Below are positions 37,779 to 47,102 of a DNA stretch of 64,000 nt, in pieces. The position numbers and the translations under genes are program-made. Position 1 is the stretch's first letter; every line of letters starts with the position of its first letter. This DNA is from Candidatus Geothermincolia bacterium (GTDB lineage Bacteria > Actinomycetota > Geothermincolia > Fen-727 > Anoxymicrobiaceae), in the NCBI GenBank assembly GCA_038326775.1, contig JBBQKJ010000009.1, positions 9,457-73,456 of the forward strand. The letters run 5' to 3'. The notes under the pieces are model-generated. The model was not told the origin of the DNA. It did no database searches and saw only the letters and a program-made list of their open reading frames with translations.

Positions 37779-38855
37779 GTGTCGAAACTGGGCGTGGGAT
37801 TCATCGGATGCGGCAGGATAATGGACCTCAACATCCTCGGTTACCTGGACCGCGACGACGTCGAGGTCGCCGCCTTCTGCGACGTTAAAGACGAGACGTT
37901 GAAGAAAAGGGCCGAGGAGTTCGGCGGCTACGGCCCGGCTAAGACCTACACAGACCACATGGACATGCTGAACGACCCGGCGGTCGACATCGTCGAGGTC
38001 CTTACGCCCCATTACCTGCACAAGCAGATGGTGCTCGACTCGCTTGCCGCCGGCAAGCACGTGAGCCTCCAGAAGCCGCCCGCCATCAGCCTTGAAGAGA
38101 TGGACGAAATGATAGCCGCCGCCGCGAAGGCCGGCACCAAGTTCAAGGTCTTCGAGAACTTCGTTTTCTACCCGCCGTACCTGAGGGCGAAGGAGCTTTT
38201 CGAGGCGGGGGAGATAGGTGACCCGGTGGCTTTCCGCTACAAGCTGGCCTCCAGCCTGGCGCCGAGCGGTTGGGAGGTTCCGCTCGAGTCCTGGGCCTGG
38301 CGCATCGTGGAGGATATGTGCGGCGGAGGCCCGTGCCTCTGGGACGACGGCTACCACAAGTGGTCGGTGGCCATCGACCTTCTGGGCGAGGTGGAGAAGG
38401 TGTTCGCCTGGATAGGGTCCAAGGATGTCCTGCCTGGAATCCCGGTGGACGCTCCCGGCGTAGTTGCCTGGCGATACAAGAGGGACCAGGACGTCTTCGG
38501 TGTCTGCGACTCCATGCTCTGCCGCGACCTTTTCATCGACAGCAAGTACTACGCGGTGGACGAGAGGTTTGAGCTCACCGGCGAGAAGGGCGTCATCTGG
38601 GTCATGAAGTGCACCGCCGACATGCTCAAGGTTCCCGCGGTCATGATGTACAAGGACGGCAAGCTCTCCAGGTACGACGACATGCCGCAGGACTGGGGAG
38701 ACTCGTTCCACGACTCGACCCACCACTTCATCGACTGCATAATAAACGACACCGAGCCCCACCTGACGGCAGAGCGCGGGCGCGAGGTGCTGAAGTTCGG
38801 GCTGGCCATGATGCGCTCGGCGCGCGAAGGCCGCGAGATCTACCTCAACGGCTAG
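37779..38855 (+). CDS. Gfo/Idh/MocA family oxidoreductase
   Basis: GTG start after GGAGG; GFIGCGRI, TPHYLH, GKHVSLQKP, GGGPCLWDDGYH. Confidence 0.9.
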   Translation: MSKLGVGFIGCGRIMDLNILGYLDRDDVEVAAFCDVKDETLKKRAEEFGGYGPAKTYTDHMDMLNDPAVDIVEVLTPHYLHKQMVLDSLAAGKHVSLQKPPAISLEEMDEMIAAAAKAGTKFKVFENFVFYPPYLRAKELFEAGEIGDPVAFRYKLASSLAPSGWEVPLESWAWRIVEDMCGGGPCLWDDGYHKWSVAIDLLGEVEKVFAWIGSKDVLPGIPVDAPGVVAWRYKRDQDVFGVCDSMLCRDLFIDSKYYAVDERFELTGEKGVIWVMKCTADMLKVPAVMMYKDGKLSRYDDMPQDWGDSFHDSTHHFIDCIINDTEPHLTAERGREVLKFGLAMMRSAREGREIYLNG

Positions 38856-39736
38856 ATAGTGTCCATCAAACCGGTCTGACCACCGTCGGGAGGCGGCGGG
38901 GGAGGTTCCGACGCGCTGGTAGGCGACTGCTCGTGGAGGAAGTCGATGCCCGAGGCGCTGAACTCGGTCAGCAGCTTCTCGGTGATGTCGGAGACCAGCT
39001 TCAGGCCGCGGTTCCTGTCGGAATCTCGCCAGAAGCGCAGGACCAGTACGACGTGTTCCTCCTCGGATTCGACCAGGATCACCGGCTCAGGCTGCGCCAT
39101 GACCCCTCCGACGCCCACCAGGGTCTCCAGAGCGATTCTCCTGGCTTTTTCTGTTTCGGAAGCGAACTTTATGCCGATGCGGAGGTCGGTGCGCAGCGTC
39201 GGGGTCGAGGAGTAGTTGATGATCGGGTTTGAGAAGACAGTCCTGTTCGGGATGAACACCCGTTCCCCGTCGTAGGTCAGTATCTGGGTGTCCCTGACCC
39301 TGACGTTCTCGACCACGCCTTCCTGGTCGCCCACTCGCATCTGGTCGCCTATGGTAAACGGGTGCTGCACAAGGAGTATCACACCCGCGAAAAGGTTGGC
39401 CAGGATGTCCTGCAACGCGAAGCCTATGCCGACCGAGGCGAGCCCCAGGGTGGCCAGCGCCGCGGACAGGCTCATGCCCACCTCGCTCAGTGCGAGTATC
39501 ACACCGAGCAAGATGATAAGGGCTGACGCGCCCCGGCCGACGAGTATGTCGATATGCCCCTGCGTGCTGGTGCGTCCCACCGCTTTCTGGACGAGCCTGC
39601 CTACCATCTTCGCCACAAGGTAGGAGACGACAATGATGGCGAGGGCCGCAAGCCACTTGGGGCCCGCGTCCTTTATCTTGTTCCACAGGTCGGTGAACGG
39701 CTTGCTCACCGGCACTGCTGCAGCCAGGAAACCCAA
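38852..39736 (-). CDS. Small-conductance mechanosensitive channel (MscS family)
   Basis: Three TMs, IGFALQDILANLFAG, PFTIGD, IPN, IINYS. Confidence 0.92.
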   Translation of the reverse strand: MGFLAAAVPVSKPFTDLWNKIKDAGPKWLAALAIIVVSYLVAKMVGRLVQKAVGRTSTQGHIDILVGRGASALIILLGVILALSEVGMSLSAALATLGLASVGIGFALQDILANLFAGVILLVQHPFTIGDQMRVGDQEGVVENVRVRDTQILTYDGERVFIPNRTVFSNPIINYSSTPTLRTDLRIGIKFASETEKARRIALETLVGVGGVMAQPEPVILVESEEEHVVLVLRFWRDSDRNRGLKLVSDITEKLLTEFSASGIDFLHEQSPTSASEPPPPPPDGGQTGLMDTI

Positions 39737-39870
39737 ATTGCACCTCCAGCCTTCGGGCGACGGCTACCTATTATACCGGACTCCCCAACGAGCGAAGCCC
39801 CTCCCGCCTTCGACGCGCGGAAGGGGCCGCGTTTTCTGCCTGCCGGCGCACGGCCGGCGCGGTGCTAATG

Positions 39871-42045
39871 TCAGGTCGGGCACTGGCCGTACATCGAGCG
39901 CTCGAGGATGATGGGCCTGGTGGACGCTGCCCTCACCCCGAAGCGGTAGTATGCGATATAGTCGTCCGCGTTGAACGTCCGCCGCGACTGTGGCGGCACG
40001 CTCACGGTGACGACCGGGCCCCGGCCCGCGGGCGTCAGAAAAGTGAAGGTGACGTTTGCCACCTCGACCGTGGGGTTCTGCACCAGGAGCCACGTCTCGA
40101 CGTTGTCGCCGGTCTCGCCCTCTGCCAGGTACCAGTTGGATACGGCCCCGGTTATGCCGATGGAGTCGTGGGCCCACCTGCGGTCGCTCCCGTACATCGC
40201 CCTTTCCGCGACCACCGGTCTGTCGGACACGATTCGGGTGGACACGTCCCACGTATGGACCGTCGCTCCGACATCGAACGTCTGCCGCGTGTTGGGGGCG
40301 AGGGTGGCGGTCGGGCCGACCAGCGGCCCGGACGCGGTCTGGTAGGTGAGCTGCACGTGGGCGGGCTCGGTCCCCGGGTTCTGCACCAGTATCCAGGTTT
40401 CGAACTCGGGCCCGGTGCACCCCTCCGCCAGGAACCAGTTGGTGCCAGGCGCGTTGAGGCCGACGCACTCGTGCGCCCAGGCGCGGCCGTTGCCGTACAT
40501 CGCCCGCTCGGCTATCACCGGGTGGTCGGAGGAGACCAGCGTGGAGACGCTCCACGCACCGGGTAGAGTGTCGGCCACGTCAAAGGTCTGACGGCTGTGG
40601 GGCTGCATGGCGGCCGAGGGCCCGGTGACAGGTCCCGAGGGGGTCATATAGGTGAGGTTGACGTTGGCGACCGCGGCCCCCGGATTCTGCACCAGCACCC
40701 ACGTCTCGAAGCCGGGTCCGGTAGAGCCCTCGGCCAGGTACCAGGTCGTCTGCGGAGCGGAGACTCCGATGGAGTTATGCCCCCAGGTCATGGCGTCGGA
40801 ATACATCGACCTCTCGACGACGACCCCTACATCGGAGTGCAGTCGCGTGGACACCCCCCACTCATCGTCCATGTAACCCGCCACGTTCAGAGTCGCCCTC
40901 GATTGAGCGGGCACAACGAACGCCGGAACGACGCTCACGCTATCATCGGCCATAAACGTCAGATTGACTGTAGCGGCGGCGGCCTGCGGATTCGCGATCT
41001 CAATCAAGGTCACGAAGCCCGGCCCGGTGCACCCTTCGGCCAGGTACCAGTTGGTCTGCGGGGAGGTCATCCCGCGCGAGTCGGTGCCCCAGTCCCGGTT
41101 CGTAGCAGGCGGCTCGAACTTGTGGCCGTACATTATCCTTCCGCCGGCCCCCACGGCCCAGACGTTCCCAGTATCCGCCGCCGAGATGTCCATCAGGGCC
41201 GGGTCGGCGTATGACTCGAACTGCCACTCGGTCCCGTCGTAGAAGATGACCATTCCCTGGTTTGTGCAGGCCCAGACATGGCCCGCGCTTGCCGCCGATA
41301 TCCCGCTGACCTGTTCGTCCCCGGCGAGAGGTGGGGTCGCCTGGTTTACCCAGTTCAAGCCGTTGAAATAGGATACTCGGCCGTTTTGTCCAGACGCCCA
41401 GAAGTTCGTTGCGTTCAGCGCCGACACCGAGGAGAAATCATCCGTGGTGGCCCCCATGGAGGCCCAGCCGGTCCCGTTGTTGAAAAGCCTTACACCCGAT
41501 CCGACCGCGATGACATGGTTGGCGTCGGCTGCCTCCACCGACTGCAGGGGCTGCGCGGTGCCGCTTGCCTGCTCCTGCCACACCACGCCGTTGAAGTGCC
41601 GGATGGTCCCGCCGGCGCCCACCGCCCAGACGTGCGTGCCGCTAAGAGCGAATACGCCGTGGAGGGCGCGGGTCGTCCCGCTCGACTGCGCGCTCCAGCT
41701 CGAGCCGTTGTAGAAGAGCACGATGCCGTGCCCCCCGACCGCCCACACGTGGTTCGCGTCAAGGGCGCTGACCTCGTAGAGTGTCTCCAGGGTCAGGCCG
41801 CTCGCCTGCCGGGTCCATGTCGAGCCGTCATAGAACAGAACGGCACCGCCCGTTCCCACCGCCCAGACGTGGTTCGCGTCAAGGGCGTCCACCCCGTAAA
41901 GGTCGCTGGTGGTATCGGGAAACTGCCGGTCCCAGACGAACGTCCACTTGTCGTGGGCGGCTGCCCTGGGGACCGTGGCGAACGCCATCCCCATAGCAAG
42001 CACGACAACCGCCGCCCAGAGCGCCAGTATCTTTAGACGTCTCAT
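39871..42045 (-). CDS. Secreted protein: beta-propeller + DUF5719-like repeats
   Basis: Signal peptide; about 40-aa repeats (LY.V.ALDANHVWAVG..G.VLFY.GS.W); three full and one partial WYLAEG repeats. Confidence 0.82.
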   Translation of the reverse strand: MRRLKILALWAAVVVLAMGMAFATVPRAAAHDKWTFVWDRQFPDTTSDLYGVDALDANHVWAVGTGGAVLFYDGSTWTRQASGLTLETLYEVSALDANHVWAVGGHGIVLFYNGSSWSAQSSGTTRALHGVFALSGTHVWAVGAGGTIRHFNGVVWQEQASGTAQPLQSVEAADANHVIAVGSGVRLFNNGTGWASMGATTDDFSSVSALNATNFWASGQNGRVSYFNGLNWVNQATPPLAGDEQVSGISAASAGHVWACTNQGMVIFYDGTEWQFESYADPALMDISAADTGNVWAVGAGGRIMYGHKFEPPATNRDWGTDSRGMTSPQTNWYLAEGCTGPGFVTLIEIANPQAAAATVNLTFMADDSVSVVPAFVVPAQSRATLNVAGYMDDEWGVSTRLHSDVGVVVERSMYSDAMTWGHNSIGVSAPQTTWYLAEGSTGPGFETWVLVQNPGAAVANVNLTYMTPSGPVTGPSAAMQPHSRQTFDVADTLPGAWSVSTLVSSDHPVIAERAMYGNGRAWAHECVGLNAPGTNWFLAEGCTGPEFETWILVQNPGTEPAHVQLTYQTASGPLVGPTATLAPNTRQTFDVGATVHTWDVSTRIVSDRPVVAERAMYGSDRRWAHDSIGITGAVSNWYLAEGETGDNVETWLLVQNPTVEVANVTFTFLTPAGRGPVVTVSVPPQSRRTFNADDYIAYYRFGVRAASTRPIILERSMYGQCPT

Positions 42046-42357
42046 CCTGCCACCCCCTCGTGCTCACCCCGTATAGGGTGCCTTATCGTTTCACGGGCTC
42101 TTACGTGGAACAGACGAAACAGTAAGCGGAGTCCTTACAGGTTGGGGTGCCGGCTTTCCCCTGGTCGAACTTAAGCGCGTGGCACGCCATTTCTACCACT
42201 GATCTCATGTTAGCACGCGGCGCCTGGGCACTTCAAAGCACTGCCTATATTGCTTAAAGCGGCCTCCGGCCCGTTGGGCGGGTCTGCCTGCCCCAGGTGG
42301 AAGGTATAACGGGGGCGGGGGGGTAATATTTCATGCAGGGCAAATCTGGTGGGACAC

Positions 42358-42720
42358 ATGTCGTTCTCTGAAAAGGAAATGCGGGAGGACCTGCGAAAGG
42401 TCCGGTTCCGCAAGTACATCTACTTCCTGGGCGGGCTGGGAATACTCGGGCTTTCGATAGCACTGGTGGTCATATTCTTCGCCAAGCGCGACTGGCCGGC
42501 CCTCCTGCTGGCCGCCGTAGGCGCATTCTGGAGCGTGGTACTGTTCTACCAGGCCTGCCGGACGCGCGGGCTGGGAGGCCTTCTCAAGAGCCGGCTGGAA
42601 GAGTCTCTCGGAGCGGAGCCCCCGGAGGCGCCGCTGGCACCAGCCGAAGGTGACGGCGAAGCCGGCATGGGCATAGGGGACGATGAGCCCCCTCGAGGGG
42701 GTGCGCCCGGTGAACCATGA
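42358..42720 (+). CDS. Small membrane protein (2 TM)
   Basis: Two hydrophobic helices and an acidic tail; overlaps the downstream methyltransferase; start uncertain. Confidence 0.6.
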   Translation: MSFSEKEMREDLRKVRFRKYIYFLGGLGILGLSIALVVIFFAKRDWPALLLAAVGAFWSVVLFYQACRTRGLGGLLKSRLEESLGAEPPEAPLAPAEGDGEAGMGIGDDEPPRGGAPGEP

Positions 42721-43612
42721 GCACCTGGCGCAGCTCCTGCGCTGTCCCGCCTGCGGGGGTGAGATGCGCTACCGCCCGCGGGTCTACTCCTATTGCTGCG
42801 GCGGACGCGTTCTCCACACCTACCGGGTAAAAGACCAGATTGCCGACCTCGTCCACGGCGAGCCGGAGGGCCGGCAGAAGAGGGTCAACCGGGCGTTCGG
42901 GCGGATCGCGGGCAGGATGTACGAAAAGAACGTGACCGCGGCCACCCCGTTCGACCGCTTCGTCACCTGGCTGATGTGGGGGACCACAAAGTTCATCCCG
43001 CTGCTCTTCGAGCTGTTGGAGAGCGTGGCCTCCGACTGCGACCCCGGCTACTTCCTGGACATCCCCGTTGGAACCGGGGTTTTCACGGCGGGGGAGTACA
43101 GCCTGCAGCCGAACCTCGAGTTCATCGCGGCCGATTACAGCAGGGAAATGCTCGATCGGGCACAAGAGAAAGTGCTCGCCGAGGACTACGGCAACGTCAT
43201 GCTGGTTCGCACCGACGTCGCGAGCCTTCCCTTCGTGGACGGAACGTTCACGGGCGTGCTGACCATGAACGGCTTCGGCTCTTTCCCGGAGCCGGCGCGC
43301 GCGCTCGATGAGCTCGTGCGCGTCTTGAAGCCGAACGGAAAGCTGGCAGGCTCGATGTACGTTCGGGGCGAGCGCTTGATGTCAGATATTCTCCTCCGCC
43401 GCGTACTCTCCCGGCTGGGCCTTTTCTCGCGCTCGGTTTACACCGAGGAGGAGTTCGTCGCCGAACTCGCGTCCCGCGGCGTCAACAAGGTGGTCACCAG
43501 GAAGGTCAAGTCGCTCATGTTCTTCTCGGGCCGCAAGTGCGCTCCCGAGCCCGAACCGCCGGCTGAGCCGAAGGCCGAGAGCGAGCGCGAACCGGAGACT
43601 TTGAGTGTCTGA
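42710..43612 (+). CDS. Class I SAM-dependent methyltransferase with an N-terminal Zn-ribbon
   Basis: LRCPACGG, LDIPVGTG, ADYSREML, DVASLPF, RVLKPNG; start uncertain. Confidence 0.85.
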   Translation: MNHEHLAQLLRCPACGGEMRYRPRVYSYCCGGRVLHTYRVKDQIADLVHGEPEGRQKRVNRAFGRIAGRMYEKNVTAATPFDRFVTWLMWGTTKFIPLLFELLESVASDCDPGYFLDIPVGTGVFTAGEYSLQPNLEFIAADYSREMLDRAQEKVLAEDYGNVMLVRTDVASLPFVDGTFTGVLTMNGFGSFPEPARALDELVRVLKPNGKLAGSMYVRGERLMSDILLRRVLSRLGLFSRSVYTEEEFVAELASRGVNKVVTRKVKSLMFFSGRKCAPEPEPPAEPKAESEREPETLSV

Positions 43613-43624
43613 ACCCGTCCGGCA

Positions 43625-44061
43625 GCTGCCCGAGTGAGAAGCTGGTGCAGCCGTGCTTGCGGCTACGTCCCAGATCCGGCTCCTGGTGAAGCGCTGGCTG
43701 ATGACCACCGGCAGGCGCATGGCCAGGCCGGTGTGGAGCCGGTCGTCAGGCTGGTAGTCCCGGACCAGGAATCCGAGCAGGCAATACATGGTGTTACGCA
43801 GGGAGTCCCGGCCCATGTTGGAGATGCCCCGCTTGTCACCGAGGATGATTATCAGGGACGGCGCCCCCATGAGCACTTAGGCCGTATAGCCTTCCTGACG
43901 CCCACCACCACCCGCTGGTCGGTGAGCCGTGGCATGGCCACCGAGGCCGGCGACCACCAGGCCCGCATGAGCAGGTTCTCCTTATCGAATCTGAACTCCT
44001 GGTTGGACCAGACGTCCGGGAGTGCGGGAAGATAGGCTTTGCGCAGGTGCTCAAGGATCAT
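43625..44061 (-). pseudogene. Composite relic: nitroreductase-like fragments fused to a CaiC-like acyl-CoA ligase fragment
   Basis: Good RBS and ATG at 44061, then frameshifted pieces GAPSLIIILGDKRG and YQPDDRLHTGL..VISQRFTRSRIWDV/RKHGCTSFSL. Confidence 0.55.
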
Positions 44062-44093
44062 CAGTCACTCCCCCTTCTCGACTTTCCCCCCAT

Positions 44094-45344
44094 TCAGGTT
44101 TTTTCCAGTATGTGTATGCACATCGCGGCCTCGCCTGCGCCGATGAAGCCGCCGCCGTTCTCGGCCAGGGCTACGCGAGCCCCCTCCACCTGGCGCTTGC
44201 CGGCGTCACCCCGCAATTGGGTCACCAGCTCCAGTAACTGTGCTATGCCGGAGGCGCCGATGGGGTGGCCGCGGCACTCCAGGCCGCCGCTGGTGTTCAC
44301 GGGTAGTCTCCCGCCCACCCTGGTGGCGCCCGACTCGGCGAAGGGGCCACCTTCACCGTCGGGGCAGAAACCCAGCTCCTCGCACTGCAGAAGCTCTCCG
44401 AAGGCGGTGGCGTCGTGCACTTCGGCGAGGTCGACATCCCCGGGCCCCAGGCCGGACACCTCGTAGGCCTTGCGTGAGAGGCGCTTGCCGATCAGCTCCT
44501 GGTCCGGGCCGAACTTGAGGCTGCCCGAGGCAAGGACAGATGCCCTCACCTTTACCGGACGGGCGTCCGGGAACCGTTTCAGGGCCCGTTCGGAGCAGAC
44601 CAGGGCGGCGGTGGCCCCGTCCCCGATGGGGGCGCACATCGAGCGGGTGAGAGGGTAGGCCACCGGGCGGTCGTTCATGACCTCGTCCACGCTCATGTCC
44701 ATCTGGTACTGGGCGAGCGGGTTCATCGAGCCGTGCCAGTGGTTCTTGGCGGCGATGACCGCGAGCTGGCGCTGGGTGGTCCCGTACTGCTGCATGTGCA
44801 TGCGGGCGCCCATGGCGTAGAAATCCATGAAAGGCGAGTGGCCGCCCCCGCCACCGTCGCCCTCTTTCACCGCCCCGGCCTCTTTCGCCTTCTTCTGTGC
44901 GTCGGCCTGGAAGGCGGCGATGATCTGGCGGGTAAAATCGACATCGGTGTTGGAGATGAACATCTCGAAAGAGGCCTGCTTGTCCGCGGGGTTGTAAACT
45001 TTTTCCGCCCCGACGGCCAGGGCAACGTCGTAGAGGCCTGACTTTATCCCCATCCAGCAGCCGTTCACCGCGCTGGAGGCCCCCGCGCATGCGTTCTCCA
45101 CGTTCATCACCGGGACGCCCTCGATGCCCAGGGGTATCAGTGCCACCTGCCCGCGGATGGAGTGCTGGCCGGTGTTGATGCCCCAGAACGAGTTCGAGAA
45201 CCAGGCGGCCTCGACGTCCTGCGTTCGCGCCCCGGCGTCCCGGAGAACCAGACCCAGGACCTCGGAGCTCATGTCCTTGATGGTCCGCTCCGCGTACTTG
45301 CCGAAGCGCAGCATACCCACGCCGATGATATAGACTTCATCCAT
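44094..45344 (-). CDS. Thiolase (SCP2-type)
   Basis: ENACAGAS with catalytic Cys, AEVHDA, VNTSGGL..GHPIGASG, ENGGG. Confidence 0.92.
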   Translation of the reverse strand: MDEVYIIGVGMLRFGKYAERTIKDMSSEVLGLVLRDAGARTQDVEAAWFSNSFWGINTGQHSIRGQVALIPLGIEGVPVMNVENACAGASSAVNGCWMGIKSGLYDVALAVGAEKVYNPADKQASFEMFISNTDVDFTRQIIAAFQADAQKKAKEAGAVKEGDGGGGGHSPFMDFYAMGARMHMQQYGTTQRQLAVIAAKNHWHGSMNPLAQYQMDMSVDEVMNDRPVAYPLTRSMCAPIGDGATAALVCSERALKRFPDARPVKVRASVLASGSLKFGPDQELIGKRLSRKAYEVSGLGPGDVDLAEVHDATAFGELLQCEELGFCPDGEGGPFAESGATRVGGRLPVNTSGGLECRGHPIGASGIAQLLELVTQLRGDAGKRQVEGARVALAENGGGFIGAGEAAMCIHILEKT

Positions 45345-45389
45345 GTAAAAGCTCCTTCATTTTATACGCGGAGTCATTCCGCCGGTCGG

Positions 45390-45902
45390 TTAGCCGTTTT
45401 CCATCAGGCTCAGCAGCTTCAGCCTGGATTCCTCGTTCGTCCTTGGATAGATCTGGCAGTACGTGGCGTCGCGCACGAGACGCTCCATGCCGTAATCCTC
45501 AGTGTAGCCATAGCCGCCGTGGATCTGCAACCCGTCGGTGGCCGAGCGAAGCGCCCTGTCGGTAGCCTCCATGCGGCAGGATATAGCCTGTGCCAGGTTC
45601 CCGTTCAGACACGCCGCGCGGAGCATTGCCCGGGCCATCTCGATACCCGAGGCCATGTCAGCAAGGAAGAGCCGCATCTGCTGGTGGTTGATGATGACGG
45701 CCCCACCCTGGTAGCGCTCGGAGGCGTACGCGTGGGTGGCCTGCAACGACTTGCGGGCAATGCCGGTGGCGACGGCGGCGAACCCCAGGTCGAGGGAGGC
45801 CGACCGGGCCGCGGAGGGCTTGATGGAAGCGGTGCTGCACGCGACACCTCCAGGAACGGATATCCGGGCGTTCCTGAAGGTGACCCAAAGGAACTTGCTC
45901 AC
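45390..45902 (-). pseudogene. Acyl-CoA dehydrogenase C-terminal fragment (5' truncated)
   Basis: YASERYQGG, LADM, LQIHGGYGYTEDYGMERLVRDA; only about 170 aa, N-terminal domains absent. Confidence 0.75.
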
Positions 45903-46203
45903 TTATCTCATGGAACACCCGTACAAGGTCAAAGCGTCGATATCACCGATGGCTCCGAGATGAAGAAAGAGCCGGGCGGCGTTGTACAGGGATTGTACTG
46001 TATCTTCTTCCCGGTAATAGAAGACGCGCAAGAACGCATAGAGACGCGACGGAACCTGCCGGTGGGAACCGAGGCTATATATCCTCGGCTTCAACAGAAT
46101 AGTCGGAGTGGTCAAACTCCCGGACCTCGACGCGTTCGCTCTCGAGATAACCGCCCGGCAGCACGGGCCCTGGCCGCAAGCAACGGAGGCTTCTCAAACA
46201 GAA

Positions 46204-46228
46204 GAAGGCGGGCATCGAGCCCGCCTTC
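46204..46228 (-). terminator. Intrinsic terminator after the hdr-etf-flx operon
   Basis: GAAGGCGGGC-atcga-GCCCGCCTTC hairpin followed by TTCTGTTT on the minus strand, 25 bp after the flxA stop. Confidence 0.7.
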
Positions 46229-46253
46229 AAGCGATTTGTCTGTTTTTCTCTTG

Positions 46254-47102
46254 TCAGGCGAACGCCTCGGGGATCTTCTTCAGCGTCTCGTAGCTGAACA
46301 CCGGACCGTCCTTGCAGACGTAGAGGTGGCCCACGTTGCAGCGCCCGCATTTGCCGATGCCGCACTTCATGCGCTCCTCGAGCGTGGTGTAGATCTGCTC
46401 GGGCGCGAACCCCAGCTTCAGGAGGTTCTGGGTCACGAACTTTATCATGATAGGCGGGCCGCAGGTGACCGCGATCGCGTTTTCCGGGCTCGGTGAGACC
46501 TCCATCAGCAGGTTGGGCACGAACCCCACGAAGTGGGGCCATTTCTCCTCTTCGACGTCCACCGAGAGGTGGCACGAGGTCCCCGACTCGGTCATGAACT
46601 CGCCCAGCTCGTCCTGGAAGCAGAGGTCCTCGGAGGTGCGCGAGCCGTATATGACCTGCAGTTCGCCGTACTTGTCGCGGTTCGCCCTGACGTAGTTGAT
46701 GACCGGCCGCAGAGGGGCCTGGCCGATGCCGCCGCCGACGGTCACGATGTTCTTTCCTTCCCACTCCTCCATCGGGAACGAGTTGCCGAGCGGCCCCCTG
46801 ACGGTCATGGTGTCACCGGTCTCCAGCTCGTGGAGGGCTCGAGTGACCTTGCCCATCTTCATTATCGAGAAGCGCAGGTAGCCCTCCTCGGTCGGCGAAG
46901 ACGAGATGCAGAACATGGCCTCGCCAACGCCCAGCCGGCCGACCATGGCGCAGTTCCCGGGGCTGTGGCTCCAGGTGTCCCAGACCTTATCGTCGGCGAA
47001 GGTCACCCTGAACGTCTTGATGGCCCTGTCGCCCGGGGTCTCGTAGCGCGCGTCCTCGATGTTGACTATATAAGGAAGATAAGGGTTGCTTTCGTCCATC
47101 AT
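46254..47102 (-). CDS. flxA: FAD/NAD-binding [2Fe-2S] subunit (FlxA/AsrB-like)
   Basis: VRGPLGN, GGGIGQAPLR, CGPPIM, ERMKCGIGKCGRC...CKDGPVF. Confidence 0.85.
   Translation of the reverse strand: MMDESNPYLPYIVNIEDARYETPGDRAIKTFRVTFADDKVWDTWSHSPGNCAMVGRLGVGEAMFCISSSPTEEGYLRFSIMKMGKVTRALHELETGDTMTVRGPLGNSFPMEEWEGKNIVTVGGGIGQAPLRPVINYVRANRDKYGELQVIYGSRTSEDLCFQDELGEFMTESGTSCHLSVDVEEEKWPHFVGFVPNLLMEVSPSPENAIAVTCGPPIMIKFVTQNLLKLGFAPEQIYTTLEERMKCGIGKCGRCNVGHLYVCKDGPVFSYETLKKIPEAFA

Noticed and set aside
32304-42045. Repeats as a CRISPR array or DGR template/variable pair
   Set aside because: They are in-frame protein repeats without spacers; differences are not adenine-specific; no cas or reverse transcriptase gene is present.
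42046-42210. Riboswitch or sigma54 promoter upstream of the second surface protein
   Set aside because: No match to aptamers I recognise; TGGCACG-N4-TTCT lacks the -12 GC.
45903-46115. Possible RelE-like toxin remnant (LRVFYYREEDTV)
   Set aside because: Similarity is too short and there is no antitoxin partner.
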